A DNA stretch of 64,000 nucleotides. It comes from Oligoflexia bacterium. GTDB lineage: Bacteria > Bdellovibrionota > UBA1018 > CAIMNF01. The stretch covers positions 16,433 through 80,432 of the forward strand of contig CAIKYX010000260.1 in NCBI GenBank assembly GCA_903831745.1, in the 5' to 3' direction. The translations under genes were made by a program, and so were the position numbers. Each line of letters opens with the position of its first letter. Positions within the stretch are counted from its first letter, which is position 1. The notes below the pieces were generated by a model. It was not told the origin of the DNA. It was given only the letters and a program-made list of their open reading frames with translations, and ran no database searches. Below, in pieces: positions 17,946 through 29,423 of the stretch.

Positions 17946-19973
17946 ATGAGCGAAAAAGACCTGTTTTTGAATCGAGATTTAAGCTGGTTGGAGTTCAATG
18001 CCCGGGTCCTGAATGAGGCCATGGACGAACGCACCCCCTTGTTCGAAAGGGTGAAGTTTCTAGGCATTTTTCAGAGCAATCTCGATGAATATTTCATGAA
18101 AAGAATGGGCTCACTTTACTCACACGCCCGAGTGCATTTTCGTGAGCGCTTGCTGCCACTGCTCGAAATGGCCCACGAATCCTTTGAAAAAGAGACTCAG
18201 ACTGCGCTGAAAAAGGAAGGAATCGAGCTCCTTTTCTGGAATGAACTCACCGATGAAGAGAAAAAGCGCGCATCGCATTTCTATCAAACCAATATTTTTC
18301 CGGTACTCACTCCCCTTTCAGTCGATTCGGGACATCCGTTTCCGTTTCTTTCGAATCTTTCGATTTCACTCGGCGTGTTTCTCAAACATCCCGATCACGA
18401 CGAAGAAGAGCTCTTTGCCCGACTGAAAATTCCGAGTCACTTTCAGCAGTGGATCCGAATTGACGGAAGAAAAGATTCAAAACATGTTCGTTTTGTCTCG
18501 ATCATCGAAATCATTCTCAATCACCTCTCGTCACTTTTTCATGGCATGGAGATTTTAGAGATCATGCCTTTTCGGGTAACCAGAAATACCAACATCGAGC
18601 ATGATGCTGAAGAATCCGACGACCTGATGGAACTCATTTCGGAAGAATTGAAGGAACGTCGCTTCGGAGATGTCGTCAGACTCGAGTACTGGGGCAAGCC
18701 GAATCAATACATGCTCGAGTTATTGAAAGAATACCTTTCACTCGATGAAGACCAGATTTACGAAGTAAAAGGCCTGCTTGAATACAATTCGCTGAAACCC
18801 GTCTGGGAACTCGCGAGGCCCGAACTCAAGTATGAACCGTGGATACCGGTCCCTCCTCCTGCACTCAGCGATCCGGAGCGGGATATCTTTCAGGCGATCA
18901 AGCAACACGATATTCTGGTGCACCACCCTTACGAAAGCTTTACCGCATCGGTAGAACGCTTCATCCGCGCGGCGGTCGATGATCCGAAAGTGACCGCGAT
19001 CAAGATGACCCTCTATCGAGTGGGCGCCGACAGTCCGCTGATTCCTCTTCTGATCAAAGCAGCCGAAATGGGAAAAAACATTGTTTGCCTCGTTGAATTG
19101 AAAGCCCGCTTTGATGAAGAAAAGAACATCCTGGTCGCTCAACGACTCGAAGAAGCGGGCGCCCACGTCGTGTATGGAGTCATCGGACTAAAGACCCATT
19201 GCAAACTCTCGCTCGTCGTCAGGCAAGAAGGCGAAGAAATGCGGTGTTACGCACATATCGGCACCGGAAACTATCATGCGGTAACTGCTCGCCTCTATAC
19301 CGATCTCGGTCTCTTCACGACGAAGAAAGATATCGTCGATGATGTCGTGAACCTGTTTCATTTTCTCACCGGCCGTTCGACCAAAAAAGACTACAAAAAA
19401 CTGCTCGTGGCACCTTTATCGATGAAGGATATTTTTCTGAAAAAGATCCATCGCGAAACGGCGCATGCAAAAAAAGGCCAACCCGCGCGAATCATTGCAA
19501 AGGTGAACAGCCTCGACGACCGCGAAATATCGCTAGCGCTTTATGAAGCATCAAAAGCCGGAGTCAAAGTCGATCTGATCATCCGGGGGTTTTGCTGCTT
19601 GCGCCCCGGCCTACCGGGCTTAAGTGAAAACATCAAAGTCATCTCGATTATCGGGCGTTTTCTAGAACACTCGAGAATTTTCTATTTTCAAAATGGCGAA
19701 ACGGATCCGGTCCGCGGCGAATTTTTTATCGGTTCGGCCGATTGGATGCACCGTAACCTACATGCGCGGGTCGAAGCCTGCGTGCCGATTGAAGAACCCC
19801 TGCACCGCGAACGCATCTTCGAAATCCTGAACCTGATGATCGAAGACCATCGCCAAGGCTGGGAAATGAACGAACATGGCGCGTACCTTCGTCGCAAAGT
19901 AAAAAACCTGAAGAAGGAAATCGGAATTCACCAGACGCTCATGCAAAAAGCTAGGGCTCGCGGGCCACTTTAG
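17946..19973 (+). CDS. ppk1: Polyphosphate kinase 1
   Basis: NRDLSWLEFNARVL, SNLDEYFMKR, HHPYESF, ELKARFDEE, KTHCK, GTGNY, GRFLEHSR, SADWMHRNL. Confidence 0.96.
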   Translation: MSEKDLFLNRDLSWLEFNARVLNEAMDERTPLFERVKFLGIFQSNLDEYFMKRMGSLYSHARVHFRERLLPLLEMAHESFEKETQTALKKEGIELLFWNELTDEEKKRASHFYQTNIFPVLTPLSVDSGHPFPFLSNLSISLGVFLKHPDHDEEELFARLKIPSHFQQWIRIDGRKDSKHVRFVSIIEIILNHLSSLFHGMEILEIMPFRVTRNTNIEHDAEESDDLMELISEELKERRFGDVVRLEYWGKPNQYMLELLKEYLSLDEDQIYEVKGLLEYNSLKPVWELARPELKYEPWIPVPPPALSDPERDIFQAIKQHDILVHHPYESFTASVERFIRAAVDDPKVTAIKMTLYRVGADSPLIPLLIKAAEMGKNIVCLVELKARFDEEKNILVAQRLEEAGAHVVYGVIGLKTHCKLSLVVRQEGEEMRCYAHIGTGNYHAVTARLYTDLGLFTTKKDIVDDVVNLFHFLTGRSTKKDYKKLLVAPLSMKDIFLKKIHRETAHAKKGQPARIIAKVNSLDDREISLALYEASKAGVKVDLIIRGFCCLRPGLPGLSENIKVISIIGRFLEHSRIFYFQNGETDPVRGEFFIGSADWMHRNLHARVEACVPIEEPLHRERIFEILNLMIEDHRQGWEMNEHGAYLRRKVKNLKKEIGIHQTLMQKARARGPL

Positions 19974-21738
19974 CCTTCAGCGCTTCGCACCGACTCAGGG
20001 GATAAAAGTAATTAGCCAACCCAAACCCGATGACGAGCGCAATCAGGTGATTGAGCGTAATCACGCTATTTTGATAAATCGCCGCAACCACAATCGAGAG
20101 CGCTAACGCAATATAGACGGGTCGCCTACACTTTAGAAAATAAATGAAAACCGCGATACACGAAAAAATTCCGAGCGAGGCCCCCACGTCGAGCTCTTCC
20201 GAAAAAAGCTGAAATGCCGTGGGCGCCAACAAACGGATCCAAGGCAGAAAAAAGATCGACGTGAGAAGGTTCGAGAGAAGCATTCCCGCAGTAAAAGTCA
20301 TGCCGACAAAGAAAGACCCGACCAGAATTTCGAGATAGCCCACCACCACCACCAGCAAAGTGCTGTTAAAAATGATGTGCACATGATTGAAATGCAGAAA
20401 AGAAGGAAGAAAAAAATAATCGATCGATTGAAAGTGAAAACGATTTTGCACGAGCCTGGTCCACTGGTAAGCGTAGGTATTCGCGAAACGAGGCAGGAGA
20501 TTTCCTTTGTCGTCGTTAGCGACAATAAAAAACATGATATTGATGGCATTGATCGAGAGCGTGAACTTCGCCTTGATGATCATTTCGGCAAGACTCTTTG
20601 GAAATCGTCTCAGAATCACGTTCGGTGAAAACATTCGATTCAACGTTTTTTCGACTTGAATCGCCTTGATTTTCTTCCAAAATCCGCCCAGGGCAGTCCG
20701 CCAGATTCCCTGAGGCAAAATCACACTCGAAAGCCCGTAGAGACTGGTCGGGCGCAACGATGGTGTCGAGGCGATCAGGTACTGCGGCTCCCAGGTCGTC
20801 GGCTTGAATTTGTCCTTATAGGCATGGAGGGATTTAAAATTATAAAATAGGTTCATTTTCTCGAACGAGTAATTCATGAACCGATAAGCGAGTGGATGAA
20901 ACGGAAATTCATCCGGAAGTGTCGGCGTAAGCGGTGCCATTCCGAGCGTCACCTCTTCTGCACCTTCTTTTTTTAATTGTTCCATCGCTTCCGCAATCAA
21001 GAATTCGGTGGTTCCGGGCGGGCAATGATCGGCCCGGATCAGATCGACCAAATACCAGGCTTTTCTGCCGGCAACCGGAGTGGCGGCAAGGTACCCCATC
21101 TGCCGACCATTATAGATCATTCGAAAGTATTTTTTGTGCTCGCTTTGAACCCAAGGCTCGAGCCGATTCAGAAACTTCAGGGGCGAGATCTTCCGACTCT
21201 CGAGCCACTCGTGCGTTAACGCCTCGAGTTCGGTGTGCTCGCGCGCAGTCAATTTCTTCGGAATGAAGGCTTCAGCAACCGCCCCCTTCTGAAACAGGTG
21301 TTTTGCGGAATGAATTTTCTGCAGGATTTCGCGACGAGGATCCTGCATGCTCTTGATCGAATACCAAGGTTCACTGCCCGCCTGAATGGCAAAATAACCT
21401 TTTTCGCGCATTTTTGAAGCCAAGGCTTTCGATGCAGGCAAGAGCACACAGGTCTTTTTCAATTTTTTGGATTCTTCAAAAAATCGAATCAGCGACTCCG
21501 CAGCCAAAGCGAGTTCGGTCTCAGCAGTGAATTCGTGGCCATGGAAAGAAATGATGGGGCTCGATGCAGCGACCCGGACTTTTGGCGCCTCCATGTACGG
21601 AATAATCACGGAATATTCGGCTTCGTCCAGGCGGTAATAGGCAAACCCCGAATACAAAGTCAGAAACGCCGTACTCGATTTAGCATGCTTGAGGATAAAA
21701 TCAGTAGTCTCTTTTGAGGGGTGTTTGCGATTTGGCAT
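19951..21738 (-). CDS. Fusion of a DUF2156/MprF-type aminoacyl-tRNA-dependent transferase domain and a rhomboid-like membrane domain
   Basis: DLIRADHCPPGTTEFLI...LGMAPL and YNFKSLHAYKDKFKPTTWEPQYL (DUF2156); FLHFNHVHIIFN, GASLG and NHLIALVIG in TM helices (rhomboid). Confidence 0.75.
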   Translation of the reverse strand: MPNRKHPSKETTDFILKHAKSSTAFLTLYSGFAYYRLDEAEYSVIIPYMEAPKVRVAASSPIISFHGHEFTAETELALAAESLIRFFEESKKLKKTCVLLPASKALASKMREKGYFAIQAGSEPWYSIKSMQDPRREILQKIHSAKHLFQKGAVAEAFIPKKLTAREHTELEALTHEWLESRKISPLKFLNRLEPWVQSEHKKYFRMIYNGRQMGYLAATPVAGRKAWYLVDLIRADHCPPGTTEFLIAEAMEQLKKEGAEEVTLGMAPLTPTLPDEFPFHPLAYRFMNYSFEKMNLFYNFKSLHAYKDKFKPTTWEPQYLIASTPSLRPTSLYGLSSVILPQGIWRTALGGFWKKIKAIQVEKTLNRMFSPNVILRRFPKSLAEMIIKAKFTLSINAINIMFFIVANDDKGNLLPRFANTYAYQWTRLVQNRFHFQSIDYFFLPSFLHFNHVHIIFNSTLLVVVVGYLEILVGSFFVGMTFTAGMLLSNLLTSIFFLPWIRLLAPTAFQLFSEELDVGASLGIFSCIAVFIYFLKCRRPVYIALALSIVVAAIYQNSVITLNHLIALVIGFGLANYFYPLSRCEALKAKVAREP

Positions 21739-21744
21739 GATTCC

Positions 21745-22830
21745 TTAACCCCTGAGCCCGTTGATTTGGGGATGATTAGGGCAAAATAATTTTGCCTGAA
21801 AAATCCAATTCACTTTTTCTTCGGGTGACGATAGTTCGATCAGCCCCAGATAAGTTGCTGGATCGCATGGATGAGACACCAACACCCGCTTGTAATTCTC
21901 GATCGCGCGCGCGGAATCTCCCTTGATTTCGTACATCTTGGCCAGGCATTTTCTAAGCTCCCAGCGCTCTCCGTCTTTCTTCAATAGCGCTTGCACCCGC
22001 TTTTCGGTACCCTTCGGATCGATTTTAATCAGGGCCTTAAATTCGACCAGAAGATCGCGAATTTCCCATCCATAGAGAATTCTTCTCGAAAGCGCACTCA
22101 AAATTTCGTCTGGCCCGTTAGAAATGTCATAGTAAAGATCGGTAAAGAGCCTGAAGGGTTCGACTTCGTGGGTTGCCGTACTGAGCAACAAGTATGGCGT
22201 CTGAATACCGGCTGTGGTCTTTTTATAATGCGCTAGATAATCGATCAGTTTTTTTGAAAGTGAACCAGGTTCAATCAGGATTCCACCGACACGGAAGGAA
22301 TGGATTGCAAGGTATTCCTGCAAACCTTCGAGTGAATCGAGAACATTGACTTCCTGCCAGTGCATCGGCAAGTTTTTTACCAGAATTGCCTCGAAAAAAC
22401 CGGAGGAATGTTGTGATCCAAAATAGATCAATCGATTTCGAAGCAGCGATCGCCGTTCGTGTGCCAGCGCAATGCACTGCTTAAGATGCTGAAATGTAAA
22501 GGGCCTCATCAGCTCTCGATCAATTCGAGAAAGGTCCTGAGAGTGAAAACTGAGAAAAGGAATTTTCGGTGAACGATTGGAAACAAATATAAGAGGTACA
22601 AAATTGAGTTCGCTCTTTTGGATGATCAATCGGGCCAATGGAAGATCCGAATTTCCTTCCTCGACCACTTCAAAAATGATGAGTTTGATCTGATCATTGT
22701 ACTTTTCGAAAAAAAAGCTCGCTTCATCAACGTGATGGGTGATGAGTGCCTGGTGATACCCCAGTCCCGAAATCATCGAACTCAAAGCTTTGCTGAAAAC
22801 CTCATTTTCTGAGACGATAATAGCGATCAT
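21745..22830 (-). CDS. Pseudo-receiver domain + TPR protein
   Basis: Receiver-like N-terminus with Glu at the phospho-Asp position (LIIFEV); C-terminal TPR-like helices (LAKMYEIKGDSARAIENYKRVL). Confidence 0.5.
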   Translation of the reverse strand: MIAIIVSENEVFSKALSSMISGLGYHQALITHHVDEASFFFEKYNDQIKLIIFEVVEEGNSDLPLARLIIQKSELNFVPLIFVSNRSPKIPFLSFHSQDLSRIDRELMRPFTFQHLKQCIALAHERRSLLRNRLIYFGSQHSSGFFEAILVKNLPMHWQEVNVLDSLEGLQEYLAIHSFRVGGILIEPGSLSKKLIDYLAHYKKTTAGIQTPYLLLSTATHEVEPFRLFTDLYYDISNGPDEILSALSRRILYGWEIRDLLVEFKALIKIDPKGTEKRVQALLKKDGERWELRKCLAKMYEIKGDSARAIENYKRVLVSHPCDPATYLGLIELSSPEEKVNWIFQAKLFCPNHPQINGLRG

Positions 22831-22867
22831 AAGTGCTAACCCATATTCTATATTGAGACCTTGATCT

Positions 22868-23668
22868 ATGAGAACTAAAAGCGACCGGATTCTGAAAGTG
22901 TTTTACGTCATTTTTTTATTGCTGGCAGATTCGAACTCGGCGCGGGCTGCTGATCAGGAATCAGGCCACGACTTCTCGACCGTCAAAAGCCCTCGCACTG
23001 AAACAGTTCTGAAACTGGCCAAAGAAATGTCGGCACCCACTTCAATTCTGGGCAAACTACAGGAAGATGACCGGTTTCAGTTGCAATGCCTCGAGACCGA
23101 AGGAAATGCCACGTACATCGGCGTAAAACAGCTTCTCGACATCCACGCCAGCCTGAGCGCTGTCGATGCCGTGATCATGGCGATCAACGAGTATCACGAC
23201 TTGTTTCCCGGTTATAAGGAAACCAAGATCTCGGATCGGGCGGGCACCAAATTATTGACTTACTGGGAGCAAATCGTTCCGGTACCCTTTGTACCGAACA
23301 TCAAATATGAAGTGGTCTACGAACTCGAACAGCCCAGCCCAGAGCAACGACTCTATCGTTATCACTTACACAAGCCCACCCAGCTCAAAGCCAGTGACGG
23401 ATTCATTCTCATCCGGCAGGTAAACGAGCACCTCACCCACTATCTAGAATATGATTTCTTCGACGCCGACTGGGGAATGGCCAAAATCGCAGGCAAAAGT
23501 GCAATCTGGGACGACTCGGTCGAAGGACTGATTCATTCTGATCTTGCGGTAAAAATGAAGGCGGAAAACCCAACTTGGACTGCCGATAAGGCCCGCAAAG
23601 AAGCCAAAAAGCTGGTGGATTCGAAATCGGTTTCAAGCTGTTACCAGCAAAGGATCAAACTCAAATAG
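22868..23668 (+). CDS. Exported SRPBCC/START-like protein
   Basis: Signal peptide (..ARA-AD); DIHASLSAVDAVIMAINEYHDLFPGYKETKI resembles a START/polyketide-cyclase N-terminus. Confidence 0.5.
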   Translation: MRTKSDRILKVFYVIFLLLADSNSARAADQESGHDFSTVKSPRTETVLKLAKEMSAPTSILGKLQEDDRFQLQCLETEGNATYIGVKQLLDIHASLSAVDAVIMAINEYHDLFPGYKETKISDRAGTKLLTYWEQIVPVPFVPNIKYEVVYELEQPSPEQRLYRYHLHKPTQLKASDGFILIRQVNEHLTHYLEYDFFDADWGMAKIAGKSAIWDDSVEGLIHSDLAVKMKAENPTWTADKARKEAKKLVDSKSVSSCYQQRIKLK

Positions 23669-23758
23669 ATGAATAGGTGGATGAATAGGTGTCCGACAAC
23701 TTTTGGTTCATCAATGCGTCTAACGCAGTTCTGAACCAAAAGGTGGGCCCGACCTTTT
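23669..23758. repeat. REP-like palindromic cluster / bidirectional terminator between convergent genes
   Basis: GATGAATAGGT x2, TAGGTGTCCGACAACTT, CTTTTGGTTCA...TGAACCAAAAG hairpin, AAAAGGT-N7-ACCTTTT. Confidence 0.6.
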
Positions 23759-25247
23759 AGTCTTTCGCGATGAATTCGTGATTGGCCGTGTACGTGAAGA
23801 AACGCTTGCGACCTTCAACCAGGGTTTCGATGTGTACGGGACGGGTCCAGATCATGAAGATCGAACGCATGGTTTCGCGCGCATACTTCATGTCGAGATC
23901 GACACCTAAATGCTTGTGGCTAAGCAGAATCTCGCCGCGGTTTTCGAAATTACCATCGACGACGGCAATGTTCGGTTGACCTTGGTTCGTTAGACCCGCC
24001 AGTAACTTATTTTTTACAGATTTGAAATCACGATCAACGATTTCGTGCTGTCCGGTACGCTTGTTGAATTCGTAAGTATAGAGCTTAAAGCGATCGACAA
24101 ACTCGGGAGTCAGATACTCATCGATAAAGGTCACGTCGTTACAAACCTTACGGACTTCAAAAATCTTTTTACGACCCAGGCCCAATTTCTTGTCCCACTT
24201 GTGCTTCTCGCGGATGTCTGAACAATCTTCGTATTCCTTGCCGAATTGCCCGCGGTTCCAGCGGTCTTCGATGTCGCGATAAAGCTCGACCCCAACCTTG
24301 TACGGATTGACCTTACCCGGCTGCATCGCCAGCACGCCTGCATGGTGATCGGCGAAATCGATGATTTCGGAATCGCGAAGTGCTTTCTTCGTCATGATCT
24401 CGGAGTGCCAGTACGACGCCCAACCTTCATTCATGATCTTGGTCTGCATCTGGGGTAAGAAATAATAGGATTCATCACGGATCATGCGAAGCACGTCCTG
24501 CTTCCATTCAGAAATCGGTGAGTTCTCGAGCAAAAACAGCATCACATCGCGCTCGGGATGACTCGGAAAACGAGCTTCTTGCTTGGTTTGTTTCTCGGCA
24601 CGCTTGCGCTGCTCTTCGACAAACTCGGGCGGATTGATGAATTTTTCCATGTAACCGCGATCGACTTTTAAACGACCCCCTTCGGTCGCACGCGGTGCTT
24701 CTGGTTCAGCAGGCGATCGCTTGACCTCGTTGAACGGCAAGTGTGGATCAATCAGATTATCGAGACTCAGGCAAAGGTCGATGAAATTCTCGACTTCGTC
24801 CTGCCCGAACTCGTCCATATAACGTCTGATTCGAACTGCATGGTTCGCCATGGTATCGAGCATTTTTCGGTTCGTTTTCGAGAACCAATAATTGTTCTTA
24901 AAGAAATCGACGTGTCCGTAAACGTGGGCCATGACCGTTTTTTGATCGACGTAAGAATTCGAACTCATCAAGTAGGCGTAGGCGGGGCTGGTGTTGATCA
25001 CCATCTCGTAAATCTTCTGAAGACCCCACTCGTAGCCTTTCGAGTACTGGTCATAATTCATGCCGAAGCGCCAATGGGGATACCGCACCGGAAATCCTTC
25101 TTGTGCAGCCAGTCCGTTGATTGCATCAGACGGCACCATTTCGAAAATGGTTTCAAAAAAGTCGAGCCCGAAGCCTTCGGCGTAACCCTTGATGGCTTCC
25201 TGAAGCTTGGCGAGTTCTGGAGAAAGTTGAGTCGAGCGGATTCCCAT
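23757..25247 (-). CDS. spoVR: SpoVR/YcgB family protein
   Basis: PVRYPHWRFG, IYEMVIN, AHVYGHVDFFKNN, PQMQTKIMNEGWASYWH, NPYKVG. Confidence 0.93.
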   Translation of the reverse strand: MGIRSTQLSPELAKLQEAIKGYAEGFGLDFFETIFEMVPSDAINGLAAQEGFPVRYPHWRFGMNYDQYSKGYEWGLQKIYEMVINTSPAYAYLMSSNSYVDQKTVMAHVYGHVDFFKNNYWFSKTNRKMLDTMANHAVRIRRYMDEFGQDEVENFIDLCLSLDNLIDPHLPFNEVKRSPAEPEAPRATEGGRLKVDRGYMEKFINPPEFVEEQRKRAEKQTKQEARFPSHPERDVMLFLLENSPISEWKQDVLRMIRDESYYFLPQMQTKIMNEGWASYWHSEIMTKKALRDSEIIDFADHHAGVLAMQPGKVNPYKVGVELYRDIEDRWNRGQFGKEYEDCSDIREKHKWDKKLGLGRKKIFEVRKVCNDVTFIDEYLTPEFVDRFKLYTYEFNKRTGQHEIVDRDFKSVKNKLLAGLTNQGQPNIAVVDGNFENRGEILLSHKHLGVDLDMKYARETMRSIFMIWTRPVHIETLVEGRKRFFTYTANHEFIAKD

Positions 25248-26366
25248 TTACTTTCCCTTTCCTAAAAATTCTTTGATCGACTGAAGGATGCCATCTTTGT
25301 TTTCGATCCGTGAGGTGATGACTTCTTCGTTGTCAGAACCGAAAGACTCCTGAAGGTCTTTATAGAACTGTCCCGAGCCATAGCGAGAATCAACCTGTCC
25401 GTAACAGAACACATTCACTTTTTTCAAAAGCGAGTTCTTCATCAGGTCGATACAAAGCTTCGTATCTTCGGTTGACCAGTTATCGCCATCCGAGAAATGA
25501 AACGGATAGATATTCCAATCACTGGGTGGATAATCCTGATTGATGATCTGTTCGCACAATTTGTAAGCCGAGCTGATCAGGGTTCCGCCGCTTTCTCGGG
25601 TTCTAAAAAAGGTGTCTTCATCGACTTCTTTGGCTGTCGCATCGTGAATAATATAGCGGGCTTCGACACCCTTATATTGCGATTTCAGCCAGGTATTGAT
25701 CCAGAATGTTTCCGTACGGACAATATCCTTCTGCTCGTCGCCCATTGAACCCGAAACGTCCATCATGTAGATGATCACGGCCGAGTTTTCGTGTTTAACG
25801 TCTGACTTCCAAGAACGGTAACGTAGGTCTTTCTTGATCGGAATGATGATCGGATTTTCTGGATCGTAAGTTCCGGACGCAATCTGGCGTTTGAGAGCCT
25901 CTTTAAATGTTCGTTTAAAATGTCTGAGCGAATTCGGGCCTTGTGAAGCAATGGCGGTATAACGATCGACTTTCGACTTCAGGGTTTTCTGGCCGCGCGG
26001 TTCGATCTTAGGAAGCGCAAGCTCTTCGCCCAGAATTTCGGCAAGCTCTTCGAGTGTGAATTCGACTTCAAGCCCATGCTCGCCAGGATCAGAACCGGCC
26101 TTTTGATCGCCCTGTCCTGGCTGATTCGGATCACCCTGACCTGGTACCGGATCGCCTGGATTTCCGTCACCCTGTCCGGTTCCGCCTTGGTTTGAACCAA
26201 AACGAAAGCGGGGAATGTCGATCTGAGGCATCGGAATCGTCACGACGTCCTTGCCCTTACGCCCGAACATCTCCGAGTGCTGGATATACTTCTTTAGATC
26301 TTGCTTGACCTTGCCGCGAACGATTTCTCGAAACCGCGCGTGGTCTCTGCGAACGCCATCAATCAC
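25248..26366 (-). CDS. yeaH: YeaH/YhbH (DUF444) vWA-like protein
   Basis: Gly-rich linker, [33 protein letters not shown]. Confidence 0.92.
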   Translation of the reverse strand: MIDGVRRDHARFREIVRGKVKQDLKKYIQHSEMFGRKGKDVVTIPMPQIDIPRFRFGSNQGGTGQGDGNPGDPVPGQGDPNQPGQGDQKAGSDPGEHGLEVEFTLEELAEILGEELALPKIEPRGQKTLKSKVDRYTAIASQGPNSLRHFKRTFKEALKRQIASGTYDPENPIIIPIKKDLRYRSWKSDVKHENSAVIIYMMDVSGSMGDEQKDIVRTETFWINTWLKSQYKGVEARYIIHDATAKEVDEDTFFRTRESGGTLISSAYKLCEQIINQDYPPSDWNIYPFHFSDGDNWSTEDTKLCIDLMKNSLLKKVNVFCYGQVDSRYGSGQFYKDLQESFGSDNEEVITSRIENKDGILQSIKEFLGKGK

Positions 26367-28428
26367 GTTTTTTTACATCCCCCCGGGCAAAGATGCTCGC
26401 AACAAAATTCAGAACATCGGTAGCCGAGATTTCATCGTAACCAAAGTATTTGATCAGGCGGGCTTTAACCACGTCGATTTTCTCTTGGGTCGCGCGATCG
26501 ACTACATTCGAAACCAGCGAAGTAAGTTTGATCGTGTCTTTTTGATCTTCGAAAAGCTTGAGCTCGAGCGCCTTGTGCAGGCGTTCGTTGGTCTTGTAAT
26601 CGAAAGTCTTGCCTTCGATCGCCAACGCCCCGATGTAGTTCATGACTTCGCGACGGAAGTCATCCTTACGCGCTTCTGGAATGTCGATCTTCTCTTCGAT
26701 CGAGCGCATCAAGCGTTCATCGGCTTCCTCGTCCATACCGGTATATTTGTTACGAACACGTTCACGCTGGGTATACGCCTTGACGTTGTCGATATAGTTT
26801 CCGCAGAGTTTTGCAATTGCATCTTCGTCTGCAGAAATCGCCCGTTGAACTTCGTTTTTAACGATATCTTCGTACTCTTGTTTGACCATGGCGATCAGAT
26901 CGCGGTATTCGCGCTTCTTTTCTTCGCTGCCGATCAAAGCATGATTCTTAAGCCCACTGTCGAGTTCGTTCAGTACCATGAACGGATTCACACAAGGAAT
27001 CTCGCTCTTGACGATCGCATTCGAAATCTTGTCCTGTACGTAACGAGGAGAAACTCCATCGAGACCTTCACGAATCGCTTCTTTGCGGAGTTCTTTTACA
27101 TTCTCCTCGGTAAAGCCCGAAAGGGTCTTGCCGTCATAGAGCTTGAGCTTCTGGATCAACGAGATATTCGCCTTCTTCGGATGCTCGAGACGAGTCAGAA
27201 TCGCCCACATGGCAGCCACTTCGATCGTGTGAGGAGCGATGCTCTTGCCACGAATTCGCTGGGCATTGAAATCCTTCTCGTAAATCTTGATCTCGTGCTT
27301 CAGTTTGGTGATGTAAGGCACGTCGATCTTGACCGTACGGTCGCGAAGCGCTTCCATGAACTCGTTGTTCTGAAGTTTTCGGAACTCGGGTTCATTCGTA
27401 TGACCGATGATCACTTCATCAATGTCAGTCTGTGCAAACTTCTTAGGTTTGATCTTATGCTCTTGTGACGCGGTCAAAAGGTCGTACAAGAACGCCACAT
27501 CGAGCTTCAGAACTTCGATGAATTCGATCACGCCGCGATTTGCAACGCAGAACTCTCCGTCGAAGTTGAACGCGCGCGGATCTGAATCCGAGCCGTATTC
27601 TGCGATCTTGCGGTAATTGATATCACCCGTCAGTTCGGTTGAGTCTTGATTTTTCTCGTCCTTAGGTTGAAAGGTACCGATACCGATACGATCTTTTTCT
27701 GAAAGAAGTACACGAACTACGCGAACGTGGTTCATGACCTGTACCCAGTCGCCATTGTAACGTTTCAGCAACTCACGCATCACGAAACGTGAAGCCGGAT
27801 CGAGGTCGCCCTTGATGGCTACTTTATAGTCGTTCTTCTGACCGCGATTCACTTCTTGAAGTACTTTTGCGCGCATTTCTTCAGGAATCAACTTGAGCGG
27901 ATCTTCGTGCATCGGCGACATCATTTCGACCGCGCCACCAAACAAGGCTTCGCCTTTGCCAGTTGGATCGACCCATTTGAAGGTATAGAGTGCGCCATTA
28001 TCGGTTTTCGAATACGCTTCGATTCCTTTTTTCAGCAAGCGAGCCAAAGTTGATTTTGCAGAACCGACCGGACCATGAAGGAGGAGCACCCGCTTCTCGG
28101 TTCCGTAACCATAGGCTGCGGATTTGAAGAAATTGACGAGTTTCATCGTCTGCACATCGAGGCCGAAAACAGCGTCTTTTCCGGCTTCAATCGGATCTTC
28201 GAAAAATTTATAGTGGGTGATTTCTTTTTTATATTCGGTATACGTCTCAGTACCCCACGACAGAATCATGTCGTACATACGCTGAAATGCGTTCCTCGCA
28301 ATGTTGGGATTCTTCTTCACCATCTCCAGATATTCGAAGAGGTTTCCTTCCCAATGAAGGCTACGGAATTCTTCCTTGGTTTGGATTTCGTTCAGATATT
28401 TCGACCAGTCGTGCGCTGTTTGAGTCAT
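26359..28428 (-). CDS. prkA: PrkA/YeaG AAA+ serine kinase family protein
   Basis: [49 protein letters not shown]. Confidence 0.94.
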   Translation of the reverse strand: MTQTAHDWSKYLNEIQTKEEFRSLHWEGNLFEYLEMVKKNPNIARNAFQRMYDMILSWGTETYTEYKKEITHYKFFEDPIEAGKDAVFGLDVQTMKLVNFFKSAAYGYGTEKRVLLLHGPVGSAKSTLARLLKKGIEAYSKTDNGALYTFKWVDPTGKGEALFGGAVEMMSPMHEDPLKLIPEEMRAKVLQEVNRGQKNDYKVAIKGDLDPASRFVMRELLKRYNGDWVQVMNHVRVVRVLLSEKDRIGIGTFQPKDEKNQDSTELTGDINYRKIAEYGSDSDPRAFNFDGEFCVANRGVIEFIEVLKLDVAFLYDLLTASQEHKIKPKKFAQTDIDEVIIGHTNEPEFRKLQNNEFMEALRDRTVKIDVPYITKLKHEIKIYEKDFNAQRIRGKSIAPHTIEVAAMWAILTRLEHPKKANISLIQKLKLYDGKTLSGFTEENVKELRKEAIREGLDGVSPRYVQDKISNAIVKSEIPCVNPFMVLNELDSGLKNHALIGSEEKKREYRDLIAMVKQEYEDIVKNEVQRAISADEDAIAKLCGNYIDNVKAYTQRERVRNKYTGMDEEADERLMRSIEEKIDIPEARKDDFRREVMNYIGALAIEGKTFDYKTNERLHKALELKLFEDQKDTIKLTSLVSNVVDRATQEKIDVVKARLIKYFGYDEISATDVLNFVASIFARGDVKKRD

Positions 28429-28607
28429 TTCTTAATCCCTTCGCGGATATTTTTCTGCCGCTGATAACAGTGTAGCCCTTGACGCCGGACCAGCCAACAA
28501 AAGATAAAGGATGAAACAAATTTAAATTAAAAGTATTTAACAAATTTGTCCCGGAAATCTCAGACCGCCACACTTTTGACAGCAAAAAGAAAACTTCAGA
28601 CGACATC

Positions 28608-29270
28608 ATGCCTGGCCGAAGAGCCCTTGTGAGCATACTCAACTTTGAAAATACATCTTTCGTAAAATTGAATCAGTCGCAAAAGAAATCGGAGGTCAAA
28701 GTCGTGACACTTACCGACAACACTGGAAAAGTTACCGGAATCCGCGTCAATCGAGGCGATCAAACGGTTGATTATCATCGAATGAATCGCAATGCTGCTG
28801 AGATTTTTAACCACAAAATCGGTGACCTACATGACTTCTTTTCGAGCGTCGATGCTTTTGCATTGGTGATGAAAAACAAAAGAATTCTCGATGTTGGCTG
28901 CGGTGGTGGAGCCTGCGTGAAAGATCTGGCAGAACTTGACTTGAACGTTCGGGGCTTGGACCTTCACCTCACGGCCGACATGAAAAAGAAGAGCCATTAT
29001 ATAGAGGGCGACGCTTTTCACCTTCCGTTTCGAAAAGGCTCCTTCGACACCCTCCTTTCGGTCTGGAGCGTTTTTAAATATGAACCGCTTGCTGCCATTC
29101 CGCAGTTGCTCGCAGAAAGCATGCGCGTACTTGCCCCGAAGGGCACCCTGCTTATTTCTCCGATCTTTGATCTCGAAAAAACCCAGGTCATCCGCCGTTG
29201 GTGCGAGCAAAATCAGGCTCACCTCTTTCAGGCCATGCCCAGCAAGGCGCTCCAAATTATCAAGCGATGA
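28608..29270 (+). CDS. Class I SAM-dependent methyltransferase
   Basis: ILDVGCGGG, GDAFHLPFRKGSFD, RVLAPKG; start uncertain. Confidence 0.8.
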   Translation: MPGRRALVSILNFENTSFVKLNQSQKKSEVKVVTLTDNTGKVTGIRVNRGDQTVDYHRMNRNAAEIFNHKIGDLHDFFSSVDAFALVMKNKRILDVGCGGGACVKDLAELDLNVRGLDLHLTADMKKKSHYIEGDAFHLPFRKGSFDTLLSVWSVFKYEPLAAIPQLLAESMRVLAPKGTLLISPIFDLEKTQVIRRWCEQNQAHLFQAMPSKALQIIKR

Positions 29271-29423
29271 GTAAACTAAAACCATTTAATAGATTACGAA
29301 TTACCTTAACTTTTTCGAGAAATAACAAAAATAACTTATTAATTACAAATGTTTATATAATTGATAAAAACACCAAAGTATTGAGTCCGATCATGCGATA
29401 ATGAAAGAAGAGGCATAAACCGA

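Noticed and set aside
4943..19973. Other 23-nt gene overlaps (udg/rluB, ppk1/DUF2156)
   Set aside because: No shared sequence context with the pilin overlaps; treated as coincidence
26251..27468. 405-aa ORF on the + strand
   Set aside because: Entirely antisense to well-conserved prkA/yeaH with no recognisable motifs; shadow ORF from codon bias
23757..28428. prkA-yeaH-spoVR as a novel or sporulation system
   Set aside because: Widespread known operon in non-sporulating bacteria
28608..29270. Methyltransferase as part of the adhesin system
   Set aside because: Adjacency only; separated by an AT-rich region carrying the adhesin's own promoter-like motif
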